Assembly (NCBI GenBank): GCA_002269645.1
Contig: NIVC01004750.1
Coordinates: forward strand, 1 to 36,164
Direction: 5' to 3'
From: Macrostomum lignano
Lineage: Eukaryota
Length of the DNA stretch: 36,164 bases
Shown: positions 1 to 10,041 of the stretch, one piece after another
Layout of the letters: each line of letters starts with the position of its first letter
Position numbering within the stretch: the first letter of the stretch is position 1
Notes under the pieces: generated by a model
The model's database searches: none
Seen by the model: the letters and a program-made list of their open reading frames with translations, nothing else
Told to the model about the DNA's origin: nothing
Program-made: the position numbers and the translations under genes

Positions 1-2320
1 TCGCTCCTGTACCACAATCGAAGCTCCGATACCCGACTGAGCAACGTTCGTTGTCAAGTTTCCTGTTGACGATCGGCCTCGGTGTACCGACTGGTTGCCG
101 AGTTGAACGATCGCACCATCGAGTGCGAGTGCCGCGAGAAGACCGAGTCCAAGGCCGCCTACAGAGCGGCTTCTGTCGATCGCGGCTACTCGGCCGCGCT
201 CGCCTCCGAGGTGGACGGCTCGGCCGACCTCATGGAGTGCTACCTCGGCAATGTGGCTGCCAAGGCCAAGGTGAAAATCGAAATGAGCAGCGTGGTCGAG
301 CTGGAGACGCCGAGCATAGATAAAGTGAGCCTCACAATCCAAGGGTTCTCGTGCCGCGATACGAGCCTGAGGAGAGTCGGCTTGACAAGTTCGCGAGTTC
401 GGGACCTTCGCAGACCGCTGCTCAACCATGGCTGTCGGGACTCAAACTTCGGGGGAAGGTGAACGGCCTTCCAAACTTGCGCAATGTCAAGTGCAACCAA
501 GGACAGCTGAAGTGGCTGTCAGAGCGATCTGAATTCGAGGTGGAGCAGCTGGGCAGCGACTGTGATATTGAGCTCGTGCCGAGTTTGAGCCGCCGTCTCA
601 GGCGCGGTGATGACAAGGGAGACTGCTCCGCCGGTCCGAATCCGCCTTTCTTCGGCAGGAGATCGCGCAGTTCCGGCATTCGCTAGACGAGTCCCAGGCA
701 GGGAGCGCGCAGAAGGAGTTCATCATCGTTGTCGACAGGAGCGGCTCGATGAGGGGCCGGAACATTCGTTCAGCACAGGAGGCGCTCCTGTTGTTCTCAA
801 ATCACTTCCTTCCGGCTGCAAGTTCAATGTCGTCAGCTTCGGCTCAAGCTTCACCCAGCTGTTCAGCAGCAGCCAGAATTACTCTCAACAGTCCCTGGCT
901 GAGGCTGTTCGACTGCAGGAGCCATGCGAGCGGACATGGGTGGCACAGAGATTTTGCCTGCGCTGAGATGGTCGTTTGACAATCGGACCGACTTGTCAGC
1001 TGATGCTCTTCTTACTGATGATGGTGAGGTTCAAACACCGATCAAGTGAAGGACCTCGTTCTGAGCAAGTGCGGGGCTGTTGGCTCCGATTGCCGACTGT
1101 CGGCCATCGGGATCGGACACGGAGCTTCTACGGCGCTGGTGAAAGGCGTTGCTCGAGTCGGCGGAGGTCGCGCGGACTTTGTCCGTGACGGAGTCACCGA
1201 GCAGCTGAGGAGCGCCGTGGTCGCTCAGCTGAAAACTGCTCAGTCGGCAGCTGTAGAGAACCTGAGAGTTGACGCAACCACACTTGACGGCAAGTCAGTG
1301 CTTCTTGGCACCGTGCCAACCGATCCGCAACTAGCTGGTGGAGCTGTTCGATAACAGCTCGGCTGAGTCGATTTCTGCTGTTGTCTCCAGACGCGAATTC
1401 AATGACGATTCGGGCTGTAGCGAAGTTCTCCGTTGCCGGTAGAGACTTTGAGATCGAGTGCGTCCACGATGGAGAATCTGCTAAGGAGTCGCAGCTGCTG
1501 CGCAGAGCGGCCGCTCGGCTGCAGTTAAAGGAGTGGAGCGACTCGAACAGTGGCGGAGAGCACACAAGGAGCATCATCGAACTGAGCCTGGCCACCAACT
1601 TGGCCTCCGCGTACACCGCCTTTGTTGGCATCGACAGGACGACAAAGAGGCCAGTTTCTGTGGCCAATGAAGAGCTGAAGCGGGAGGAGCGAAGGCTGAA
1701 GCGGCAGGGGGAAAGGCCACTAGCCGCATCGCCGAATTGCTACGATCCGTCTATTGAAGACTGCTGGACGATGAGGGTGCGGTTGGGTCCATGATGCCCG
1801 ACCAGGACCACCAGTTCTACTCGCATGCGCGGAGTAAGCCGAAAAAGAAGGGCATGTCGTTCGGACTTCCATCGCTTTCCTCTCTGTTAGTAGAAGTGCA
1901 GGTAGCAAGAAGGAAAAGGCAGGTGCTGGTAAGAAAAAGGAAGCTTCGACGTTCTCTAGACGACTTCGATGCGAGGAAGAGCAGCCCAGGCTTGCACTGA
2001 GTTCTTGCAGGATGGATATGGCAGCTGTGGATGGCTATTACGCAACCGCTATAAATGAATCGGATGAAAATTGTTACGATTTGGAAACGGAATATCTTGC
2101 ATTTTCATCACTGCCGGATGACAGCCGCGCTGCCAAGAATAAGCGTGAACTGAAAGCGATTTTTTCTTGCGCTTCAACAGCTCGCGATGTCAGCAGCGAT
2201 CCAGTCATGCTGATCGCAGGAACCCAGCAATTCGATGGTCGCTGGGACGCGAGCGACAGCATTGCCGACCTTCTGGGCATCAGCCTGGTTGAGATCGCAA
2301 AGTCCGCACCGAAGGGAGTT
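1..2320 (+). CDS. VWA5A: VWA5A-like (VIT + von Willebrand A domain) protein, large 5'-incomplete exon with many 1-nt frameshifts
   Basis: Successive frames give a VIT domain ([20 protein letters not shown]...[23 protein letters not shown]), PRYEP, a VWA MIDAS motif ([14 protein letters not shown]), [71 protein letters not shown] and QQFDGRWD. Donor GTT|GTAAGC at 2320/2321. Confidence 0.75.
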
Positions 2321-2593
2321 GTAAGCAGTATCCTGATTGGCTACTCAAATGAAATTTAAAATTGTGCCATAACCGAAACTGTTATGATAAAGCCAAGTCA
2401 TGTGTTGAAACCTACGAAAACTCGTACACCCAGAGTCTGGGTAATCAAGCCAATATATATTATCGAAACACCAATGTACATACCCGGTAGAGTGCCGGCA
2501 GTGTACACTGCATCAAGTACACGAAACTACGGAGTCGATAGAAAGCGATACTATAAGTACACACAAGCCACACAAACAGAAACTATCCCAGCG

Positions 2594-3449
2594 AGAGATC
2601 ACACCATAGAGATCACACCATAGAGATCACACCATAGAGATCACACCATAGAGATCACACCATAGAGATCACATCATAGAGATCACACCATAGAGATCAC
2701 ACCATAGAGATCACACCATAGAGATCACACTGATTACACCATAGAGATCACACTGATTACACCATAGAGATCACACCATAGAGATCACACCATAGAGACC
2801 ACACCACAGAGATCACACCATTGAGATCACACCATAGAGATCGCACCATAGAGATTACACCATAGCGATCACATCATGGACATCACACCATATGGATCAC
2901 ACCGTAGAGATCACACTGATTACACCATATGGATCACACCGTAGAGATCACACTGATTACACCATATGGATCACACCGTAGAGATCACACTGATTACACC
3001 ATAGAGATCACACCATAGAGATCACACCATAGAGATCACACTGATTACACCATAGAGATCACACCATAGAGATCACACCATAGAGATCACACCATAGAGA
3101 TCACACCATAGAGATCACACCATAGAGATCACACCACAGAGATCACACCATAGAGATCACACCATAGAGATCACACCACAGAGATCACACCATAGAGATC
3201 ACACCACAGAGATCACACCATAGAGATCACACCACAGAGATCACACCATAGAGATCACACCACAGAGATCACACCATAGAGATCACACCACAGAGATCAC
3301 ACCATAGAGATCACACCACAGAGATCACACCATAGAGATCACACCACAGAGATCACACCATAGAGATCACACCACAGAGATCACACCATAGAGATCACAC
3401 CACAGAGATCACACCATAGAGATCACACCACAGAGATCACACCATAGAG
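2594..3449. repeat. 14-bp intronic minisatellite (CATAGAGATCACAC)n
   Basis: Directly visible tandem repeat with CAC/CAT variants and occasional TGATTACAC insertions. Confidence 0.97.
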
Positions 3450-3508
3450 AAAACGCCGTGAAGATTCCATCGCAGAACTCCAACCAGTATCCCATGATCG
3501 CATTGCAG

Positions 3509-3697
3509 TCCCAGTCGGTTTGGGTCACAGCTCTGGTTTGCGCCCATCTCAGCCACAGTCTCAAAGCTCAGCAGAGTCAGTGGGAGCTGATGGTCCAGAA
3601 GGCCATGGACTTCGTGAAGGCGGCCTGTCCAGACGCTGACGCGGTGCTGGCCGCTGCTAACTCAATGCTGCAGGCGAGGGTTGCCAGCAGCATGTAG
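3509..3697 (+). CDS. VWA5A: Terminal exon of the VWA5A-like gene
   Basis: Acceptor ttgcag|tcc at 3508/3509 is phase 0 like the 2320 donor. Encodes SQSVWVTALVCAHL...QWELMVQKAMDFV, resembling the VWA5A C-terminal WAT..A...WEL...KA motif. TAG at 3695-3697. Confidence 0.7.
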   Translation, partial: SQSVWVTALVCAHLSHSLKAQQSQWELMVQKAMDFVKAACPDADAVLAAANSMLQARVASSM

Positions 3698-3923
3698 TTT
3701 GCTTTTTGGTCTGTGACTGCAGTGTGTGAACGCAGAACTGAGTGAGGCTCAACATTTTTTCTGGGAACTTTCACTATAAAATACTTCTTATTTAGTGTAC
3801 GTGCATACTCTAGAAATCCTTATATAGAAATTCTATATAAACTTCGTTAATTATTATAATAATTGAATTTTATGCACTATAAAAGAAAACAACTTTTATA
3901 ATTTATTTGTGTATTAAACTCAT

Positions 3924-3929
3924 AATAAA
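3924..3929 (+). terminator. Candidate polyadenylation signal of the VWA5A-like gene
   Basis: AATAAA in an AT-rich region about 230 nt after the stop codon; motif only. Confidence 0.3.
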
Positions 3930-4364
3930 ATTTTTATTATTATTCAAGTCTAATTTTGCACTGATAAACCAGCTGTTTAGATGTCGAACAAACTTTGATT
4001 GTAAATTTAAACATGTACATCTTATCGAACGATATTGACTCATGGATCCTAACAAATCATAGCAATGATGCGCGTTCACACTACTGAAAAGTTTTTTATG
4101 TCGCGGATTTTTTTCACTGCTGTGTTGGACTGCATGGCTGTTTGGCCTGTTTGGCTTTGGCTTTGGCTTTGGCTTAGCCTGTTTGGCTTTGTTCTATATT
4201 TTTACTCAGACTCTGGTGTACGCCATAGGCACGCACATTGCCCAACCTAGGCCTAGAGCGCTTTGGACCCAAACAGTTTTTATATCCAGGTACGCTGTAA
4301 TTTTACATTATAGCTGCACCATGTTTGGCTCTCAATTTTGTGCTTGCTATTTTTTAAACAATAC

Positions 4365-5197
4365 TGTGATGATGGGGCTCAAGGGCTCGGTCCTTTCGTG
4401 CCCCTTTCCCAGACCCGGGTTCGTGTACTGACCCTGGCTGCGGTCCTCCACTGACACGCGTACGACGCGGTGTCCGTCGGGACTAGGCTGCTCGAGCGTA
4501 CGACGCACGACAGCCTACAGACTCGCGTACGACGCAGAGCTGCTTGGGGTGGGACCGGCGTACGACGCACTTAATCCCTCTAAGGTGCCTAGTACAGATG
4601 CAGACCCAAATGACGTACAAATTGGAAGGCTTACCAGCCGCGATTTCAGTCGTACAAGAAACAGAGCCGTCAGAGCAGTGGTGATCTCGATATTCTTTAC
4701 TTATATATTTGTCTAGCAATTCTGCGAGGAATAGCAATTCAGCAACCAACGCTGGCACAATCGCCGAGGAGCCACGAAGACGACGAGAATGGGGTCTCAA
4801 GGGGCCGAATAAATAGGCAGCAAACTGGGGGTCGAGGGCGCGGGATAAAGGCAGAAAAGGGGGCTTAGACATCAGCCAAGGCAACGCATGAGCTGTACCA
4901 GCCAATCGCCGGGGCGCAGCACGGCAGACTGGGACTGGCAGCCAATCACAAACAGGGGCGGGGCAGCAAAGCTAACAAAATAATGGGGCGGGGTCGCACA
5001 GGGGGGGGGGGGTCGCACGCAGAGCATGGGGGGGTTGACTCAACAGAAAAGGTCTAGGCAGGGAGGGGAGGGGTACGCACGCGCAGAAGTGCAGGTGGGT
5101 GAGTCAGAAAATATCTAAGGAGGGGGAGAGGACGGCCGACTGGCCCGGCGTAGCAAAGTAGCAAAGTACACACAGTCATAATAACACATTCATGACA
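4365..5197 (-). repeat. 3' LTR (833 bp)
   Basis: On the minus strand it starts TGTCATGA and ends TCATCACA (7/8 imperfect terminal inverted repeat, TG...CA). It is immediately preceded by a purine-rich tract and matches 12224-13057. Confidence 0.9.
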
Positions 5198-5209
5198 CTC
5201 CCGTCCCCT
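5198..5209 (-). other. Polypurine tract (AGGGGACGGGAG)
   Basis: Purine-rich 12-mer directly abutting the TG start of the 3' LTR on the minus strand. Confidence 0.85.
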
Positions 5210-5771
5210 AGACAAAAGTTCGAGTTCGAAAAGTCGAATATTGAAATGATGCTACTATAACAAAAAAATTGAACAGAGGAACAAACCGCATTTGAAAAAT
5301 ATTTTGGACTCGCATGGCAACTAGTTCGAACAAAAAACAAAACCGCAGTGATTATACCGTTTAAAAATGACGAAGAAACCTTCAAACATAGGATAGTGAG
5401 TACGCATCATTGGGAAGCAAAACGCAAATTTTGGGAAAAACTCACTTTAACAAAAACGCTGAAGTTCGAAAAAAACGCTAAATGTTCACAAAAAACAAAA
5501 AAATGAAACCGTCAAACATTTACCCTCACAAGTAATACTAGCACTGCTTCCCTGCATCCCGCCGAGTACGGCCGTCGCTCTGGTGCCTCGTCTCCCTGTC
5601 GCTACTGTCGCCGGTTGCTCTGGTCGCTCTGCGCTGGTCGTCGAGTCCTGCGGTTGCTGCACAGCCGCATCGCTCCGTCAGCACCCGTTAAGGCCGGTCC
5701 ACCTCCGCTCCGCTGTCCCTGGGTCTGCACTGCAAAGTCCCTAGCCCCAAAGTCCCTAGGAAGACATAGCC

Positions 5772-6758
5772 TCAGTCAGAGCACGAATCCCACAGCCTAC
5801 GGAGGGCACCCAGGACCAAACCCTGGCGTCGCAGGTCGAACAGCGGGAACACCACCATCACCGACATGTAGACAGCTTGACACGCTTGGCGACTCCACCG
5901 ACGAACTCCGTGCCCCGGATACTTGCGACCGTCTCGCTCCAAGTAGCCCAGGATTTGCAGCATCAACTCCGGACCGAATTCCTTGAAATCCACCAAGGCA
6001 GTGGCGCACTTCCCCTTCAGGGCTAGCAGCACCTCAAAGATGCCCCACGGGTCGCCCTTCCGCATTGCCTGGTGCAGTTTCTTCCGACTGGGTCCTACGT
6101 TCTCCAGTTCCGCGACGGTCACTGGTCGGCACGGTCTTGTCTGAAGCCGGTACGCTCTCTGCAGATATTCTTCAATCAGGTTTCTACATCCGGCACAATC
6201 TTCCTCCGCTTCCCATGACGTCTCAAGCTCCTCTACACCGGCCCACTGCAGCAGATACTCCGCTCCTCGCTCCGTGACTCGTACTCCTAAGACCTTCTCG
6301 ACCTCGTACTCCTCCGGCAGTGTCTCACTCGCCTCGTTCATCTCTTCGTCCTGCTCATCGTCTGAGGCCTCCTCACTTGCCTCCATCTTGACGTGCTCCT
6401 CATCCCTCCTCGCCTGTTCTCTCTCGTACGCCTCCTCAGCTAATCGGTCGCTCTCTTGTAGTCTTTCTATCTCTTCTCGGAGATCGTCGGGCATGTCTTC
6501 ATCCTCTAACATCCCTTCTGCGAGCCGAAGCATCTCATCCCGGTCACGAACAGCATTTCCAAAGATATCGTACAGCTTTCTAAGGAACGGACACGACAGT
6601 ATTCGGTACGCCTCTTCGCACTCCTGGAATCTCTTCCGCGTCTCCTCTGTTGCGCTCTTGTCAGGGTGCAGTTCGCGTGCTCGACCGTAGAACGCTTTCC
6701 GAATCTGTGCCGCAGACGCCCACAGCTGCACTCCAAGACACTCGTAGAGGTCCGCCAT
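5772..6758 (-). CDS. Retrotransposon accessory ORF3: J-domain (DnaJ/Hsp40) + acidic linker + chromodomain + unknown C-terminal region, 328 aa
   Basis: aa 3-67 DLYECLGV...IRKAF...LHPDK...FQECEEAYRILS...RKLYDIFG is a canonical J-domain (HPD at 6668-6660). aa 150-198 EYEVEKVLGVR...EYLLQWAG...TSWEAEEDCAGCRNLIEEY is a chromodomain. Own ATG, with an in-frame stop a few codons upstream. Confidence 0.92.
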   Translation of the reverse strand: MADLYECLGVQLWASAAQIRKAFYGRARELHPDKSATEETRKRFQECEEAYRILSCPFLRKLYDIFGNAVRDRDEMLRLAEGMLEDEDMPDDLREEIERLQESDRLAEEAYEREQARRDEEHVKMEASEEASDDEQDEEMNEASETLPEEYEVEKVLGVRVTERGAEYLLQWAGVEELETSWEAEEDCAGCRNLIEEYLQRAYRLQTRPCRPVTVAELENVGPSRKKLHQAMRKGDPWGIFEVLLALKGKCATALVDFKEFGPELMLQILGYLERDGRKYPGHGVRRWSRQACQAVYMSVMVVFPLFDLRRQGLVLGALRRLWDSCSD

Positions 6759-6759
6759 C

Positions 6760-7260
6760 TGTAACAGTCCGGCCTAACTCCGATGAGCAATGAGACACGC
6801 ACGACATGTACCTCCCTTCCCCCTTGGCTATCCAAGCGCCGTACACCGGACCCTTCTTCAGTAGTGTACACCGGGACCCCAAACCGATCTGGCGGTCGCC
6901 GCAGACGTCTTGGTCGCCCTGCTTCCTCCTGTGCCGTCCTCACTTCCTGCTCGGGTACGTTGGCGTCGTTCGGCTCTGCCTCATCCTCTTCGTCCTGCTC
7001 CTCGTCGTACCGCGCCTCATCGTCGTGCTCTTCTTCGTCATCGTCTGCTTCTCGACGCTCAGGTCCGGGCTCACAGTCTTCGGCCAGATTTCGGGTGTCC
7101 GGTGGAGCGTGATCTCTTGGATCTTGAAACCGCAGCTGAAGATCTTCAAACTCTTCATCTTCCTGCTCGGATTCCTGGTCCTGCGGCCCTCGCGCTGCGG
7201 TCCACCTCTGGGTCTCGCCCCGTTGCACTCTCTGCCTTCGGCTTCGTCCAGCAGCGGAAT
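6760..7260 (-). CDS. pol: Probable acidic, low-complexity C-terminal tail of Pol/integrase (frame broken)
   Basis: The frame of ORF 6506-7423 gives QESEQEDEEFED...DDDEEEHDDEARYDEEQDEEDE and RPRRLRRPPDRFG, a motif typical of Gypsy integrase tails. The connection to integrase needs indel correction. Confidence 0.5.
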
Positions 7261-7568
7261 TACACGTCGCGGCCTGGTTTTTCCCGAACTGGCCCTCCCA
7301 ATTTCCTCTCTGTCTCTTGACCGTCTGCCGCCTCCGTCTGAACCTGAACCGGCCGGAGATTGTTGAAGTGCACCACCTTGGTCTTCTGCGGCTGTGTCGG
7401 ATCCTGCACTCGATACAACGCATCTGACAGCTTCTCCAGGACCTTCACTGGGCCGCGCCAGTTGATATGGAACTTGCTTTTCTCTCCCATCTCCAAGCAC
7501 GGATAGTACAGCAAGACAGAGTCGCCCTTCTGAATCGCTTTGCCCTTCACTTTCCGATCGTAATTCAT
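7260..7568 (-). CDS. pol: Integrase C-terminal part with GPY/F-like motif
   Basis: YDRKVK...GDSVLLY...KFHINWRGPVKVLEKLSDALYRV...VVHFNNLRP. Confidence 0.85.
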   Translation of the reverse strand: MNYDRKVKGKAIQKGDSVLLYYPCLEMGEKSKFHINWRGPVKVLEKLSDALYRVQDPTQPQKTKVVHFNNLRPVQVQTEAADGQETERKLGGPVREKPGRDV

Positions 7569-7999
7569 TTTCTGCCGTCGCTGAACCGTCTCGCGTCCTT
7601 CTCGAATGCGTTCATGGGCATGAAGCAGGTTCTGCTGATCTCTTGCACAAACAAGGGATAGCTGTCCGTCTTTCGCCTAAGGTCCTCTGGTTCGAATCCC
7701 AGTGGCATCTCCTGACCATGCAGCATGTAGTAGGGCGTGTAACCGGTGGACGCCTGGACCGTCGATCGATAAGCCATCAATGCACTTGGCAGGTACTCCT
7801 CCCAGGCGTTCTGACCCTTCTGTACCAGATACGTGCGCAAACTGTTCTTCAGGAACCCATTAAATCGTTCCACCTGTCCGTTGCCACTCGGGTGGTAGGC
7901 GCTCGTCCTGGTCTTCTTCACACCCAACAGCTCGCACAGCTTCCTGACGATCCCCGACTCAAAGTTCCTTCCTTGGTCTGAGTGAAGTACCCGGGGCAC
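7565..7999 (-). CDS. pol: Integrase catalytic core (second D and E of DDE)
   Basis: PRVLHSDQGRNFES...TSAYHPSGNGQVERFN...WEEYLPSALMAYRSTVQASTGYTPY. Confidence 0.93.
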   Translation of the reverse strand: MPRVLHSDQGRNFESGIVRKLCELLGVKKTRTSAYHPSGNGQVERFNGFLKNSLRTYLVQKGQNAWEEYLPSALMAYRSTVQASTGYTPYYMLHGQEMPLGFEPEDLRRKTDSYPLFVQEISRTCFMPMNAFEKDARRFSDGRK

Positions 8000-10041
8000 C
8001 CGTGATTGGCAATCCAGCGTTCGAATAGCACCCTTGCGATCGTTGCCGCCTTCTGGTTCCGGATGGCATAAGCGTCAGGCCACTTTGAGAACGCATCTTG
8101 CACCGTGAGGATGTAGAAGTTTCCTTTCTTGCTCCGTGGCAGCGGCCCGATGACGTCCGTCATCACGATATCGAATGGGCTTGAACTCGGAATCGGCTCC
8201 ATCGGTGCAATTGGTTTCTTGCCAGCTTTGGCCTTGGTGCAGTCCAAACAGGCTTTTACGTGCTCTTCGACCTCGCGGCCAAGTCCCGGCCTCCAAAACG
8301 ATTGCCGCACCTTCTCCTTGGTCTTGAAAATCCCAACGTGCCCTCCACTCCGTCCACCATGAGCTTCTTCCAGCACCGCTCTCAGCATATTCCGTGGCAA
8401 CACCACTTGCGGCTGACGTCTACTGGCCGTATGACACAGCAACACCTCACTGTCCGACACCTCAAGGTCACGACGTCTTTCGACAATCCTCCTTGCCGTC
8501 GGTGATATGCGCCGCAAATGCTCTTCGGTTATCTCTCCGTCGCTGTGAGCCAGCAGCTCCATCGCCTGACGAATGTCGCTGTCCATCTTCTGGCTCTCTC
8601 TGATCTCCTCCGAGGTCCACTTCTGCAATCCCAACGCGTTCACGCCGATCTGCTCTTGTGCACATCCAGGACAACTCTCGCTTCCTTGATGGCGCCGACG
8701 TGGCTTCCTGGAGAGAGCGTCCGCGTGTTGATGTTTCACTCCCGGACGATGTTCGATGCGATACCTGTACGGAGCCAAGAGTTCCAGCCATCTGGCCAGT
8801 TGTCCTTCTACGTCCCGCAGCGAATGCAGCCACTTCAAGCTGCTGTGATCGGTGCGCACTAGAAACTCTCGCCCCATCAGGTAATAACGAAACTTCTGTA
8901 CGAAAAACACCACGGCCAGCAACTCGACTCGTGTCGTGCAGTAATTCCGTTCTTCTCGCGACAACGTCCTGCTTCCGTAAGCTATTACCTTCTCACTCCC
9001 ATCTTTCTGCACCTGCGAAAGCACAGCGCCAATTCCTTCTTTTGTGCTACCGTCTGTGTCTAAAACGAATTCTCCAGCGTCCTCCGCAAAGTTTGGAAAC
9101 GCCATGACCTCAGATCCCTGCAACCTTTCCTTCAGGGCCTCGAATGCGGCTTGACACTCCTCATCCCAGCTCCACGGGCAATCATGTCGGGTCCGTCGCA
9201 GCATCGGCTCAGCAATGCGGGAAAAATCTGCGATGAATTGCCGGTAATACCCGCACAGTCCCAGGAATGACCTTACTTCCTTCACATTCCTCGGAGTTGG
9301 CCAGTCACGAATTTCGGCAATCTTTTCTGGACTCGTGGCGATCCCATCAGCTGACACTACGTGTCCCAGGAAGGTCACTGACTTCAGCAGGAATGCGCAC
9401 TTCTTCGGCTTCAGTTTGATGTTCGCTGCTCGCAACCGTCGAAAAACCGTTTGCAACCGTTCCAGGTGCTCTTCTACCGTTCGTGACCACACTAGCAGGT
9501 CGTCCAGATACACCAAACACGTCTTCCAGCACAACTTCCCCAACACCACATTCATTAGCCGGCTGAATGAAGCCGGTGCATTTGTCAATCCAAATGGCAT
9601 AACGTTCCAGGCGTACTGCTGTACCCGGTGTGAAACGCCAAAGGCCGTCTTCAGTCTGTCGCTGGGTTCCACCGCCATCTGCCAGTATCCCGACTGCATG
9701 TCCATGGTCGAAAAAATCTTGGCACCGCCTAGGCTCTCCAACAGGTCATCTGTCCTGGGCAACGGCACTGCATCCTTCTTGGTCACTTCATTCAGTTTCC
9801 GGTAGTCACAACAGAACCTCAGGGAACCGTCCTTCTTTTTCACGCACACCACCGGAGAGCACCATGGGGACTGAACCTCGCTGATTCTCCCAGCTTCCAG
9901 CAAGTCATCCAACTCCTTGTCCACTTCCTGCCGCAGGTAAGGGGAATCCGCCTCGCCGCCTCTTTCACAGGCCTGGCATCTCCAGTGTCGATCTCGTGCT
10001 TCATCACCGTCGTACGCCGAGATCCTTGGAGTCCTTAGCAA
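7918..10041 (-). CDS. pol: Reverse transcriptase, RNase H and integrase N-terminus (HHCC and first D)
   Basis: SPWCSPVVCVKKKDGSLRFCCDYRKLN, MPFGLTNAP, YLDD, RNase H FVLDTDGS...IGAVLSQ...YCTTRVELLAVV, zinc finger H(GGRSGG)H...CLDC, DIVMTDVIGP. Confidence 0.97.
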   Translation of the reverse strand: MLRTPRISAYDGDEARDRHWRCQACERGGEADSPYLRQEVDKELDDLLEAGRISEVQSPWCSPVVCVKKKDGSLRFCCDYRKLNEVTKKDAVPLPRTDDLLESLGGAKIFSTMDMQSGYWQMAVEPSDRLKTAFGVSHRVQQYAWNVMPFGLTNAPASFSRLMNVVLGKLCWKTCLVYLDDLLVWSRTVEEHLERLQTVFRRLRAANIKLKPKKCAFLLKSVTFLGHVVSADGIATSPEKIAEIRDWPTPRNVKEVRSFLGLCGYYRQFIADFSRIAEPMLRRTRHDCPWSWDEECQAAFEALKERLQGSEVMAFPNFAEDAGEFVLDTDGSTKEGIGAVLSQVQKDGSEKVIAYGSRTLSREERNYCTTRVELLAVVFFVQKFRYYLMGREFLVRTDHSSLKWLHSLRDVEGQLARWLELLAPYRYRIEHRPGVKHQHADALSRKPRRRHQGSESCPGCAQEQIGVNALGLQKWTSEEIRESQKMDSDIRQAMELLAHSDGEITEEHLRRISPTARRIVERRRDLEVSDSEVLLCHTASRRQPQVVLPRNMLRAVLEEAHGGRSGGHVGIFKTKEKVRQSFWRPGLGREVEEHVKACLDCTKAKAGKKPIAPMEPIPSSSPFDIVMTDVIGPLPRSKKGNFYILTVQDAFSKWPDAYAIRNQKAATIARVLFERWIANHGCPGYFTQTKEGTLSRGSSGSCASCWV

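Noticed and set aside
4379-4905. ORFs inside the LTR (also 12238-12659, and 5176-5385/13036-13245 across the LTR end)
   Set aside because: No recognisable domain, and the start and length of the longest differ between the two copies.
4365-5703. Treating the whole 1340-bp direct repeat as the LTR
   Set aside because: The TGTCATGA/TCATCACA termini and the abutting PPT define an 833-bp LTR, and the longer unit has no TSD.
5772-6758. ORF3 as an env gene or as a host gene interrupted by the element
   Set aside because: No signal peptide, furin site or transmembrane anchor. It is intronless and lies between integrase and the element's own PPT and LTR.
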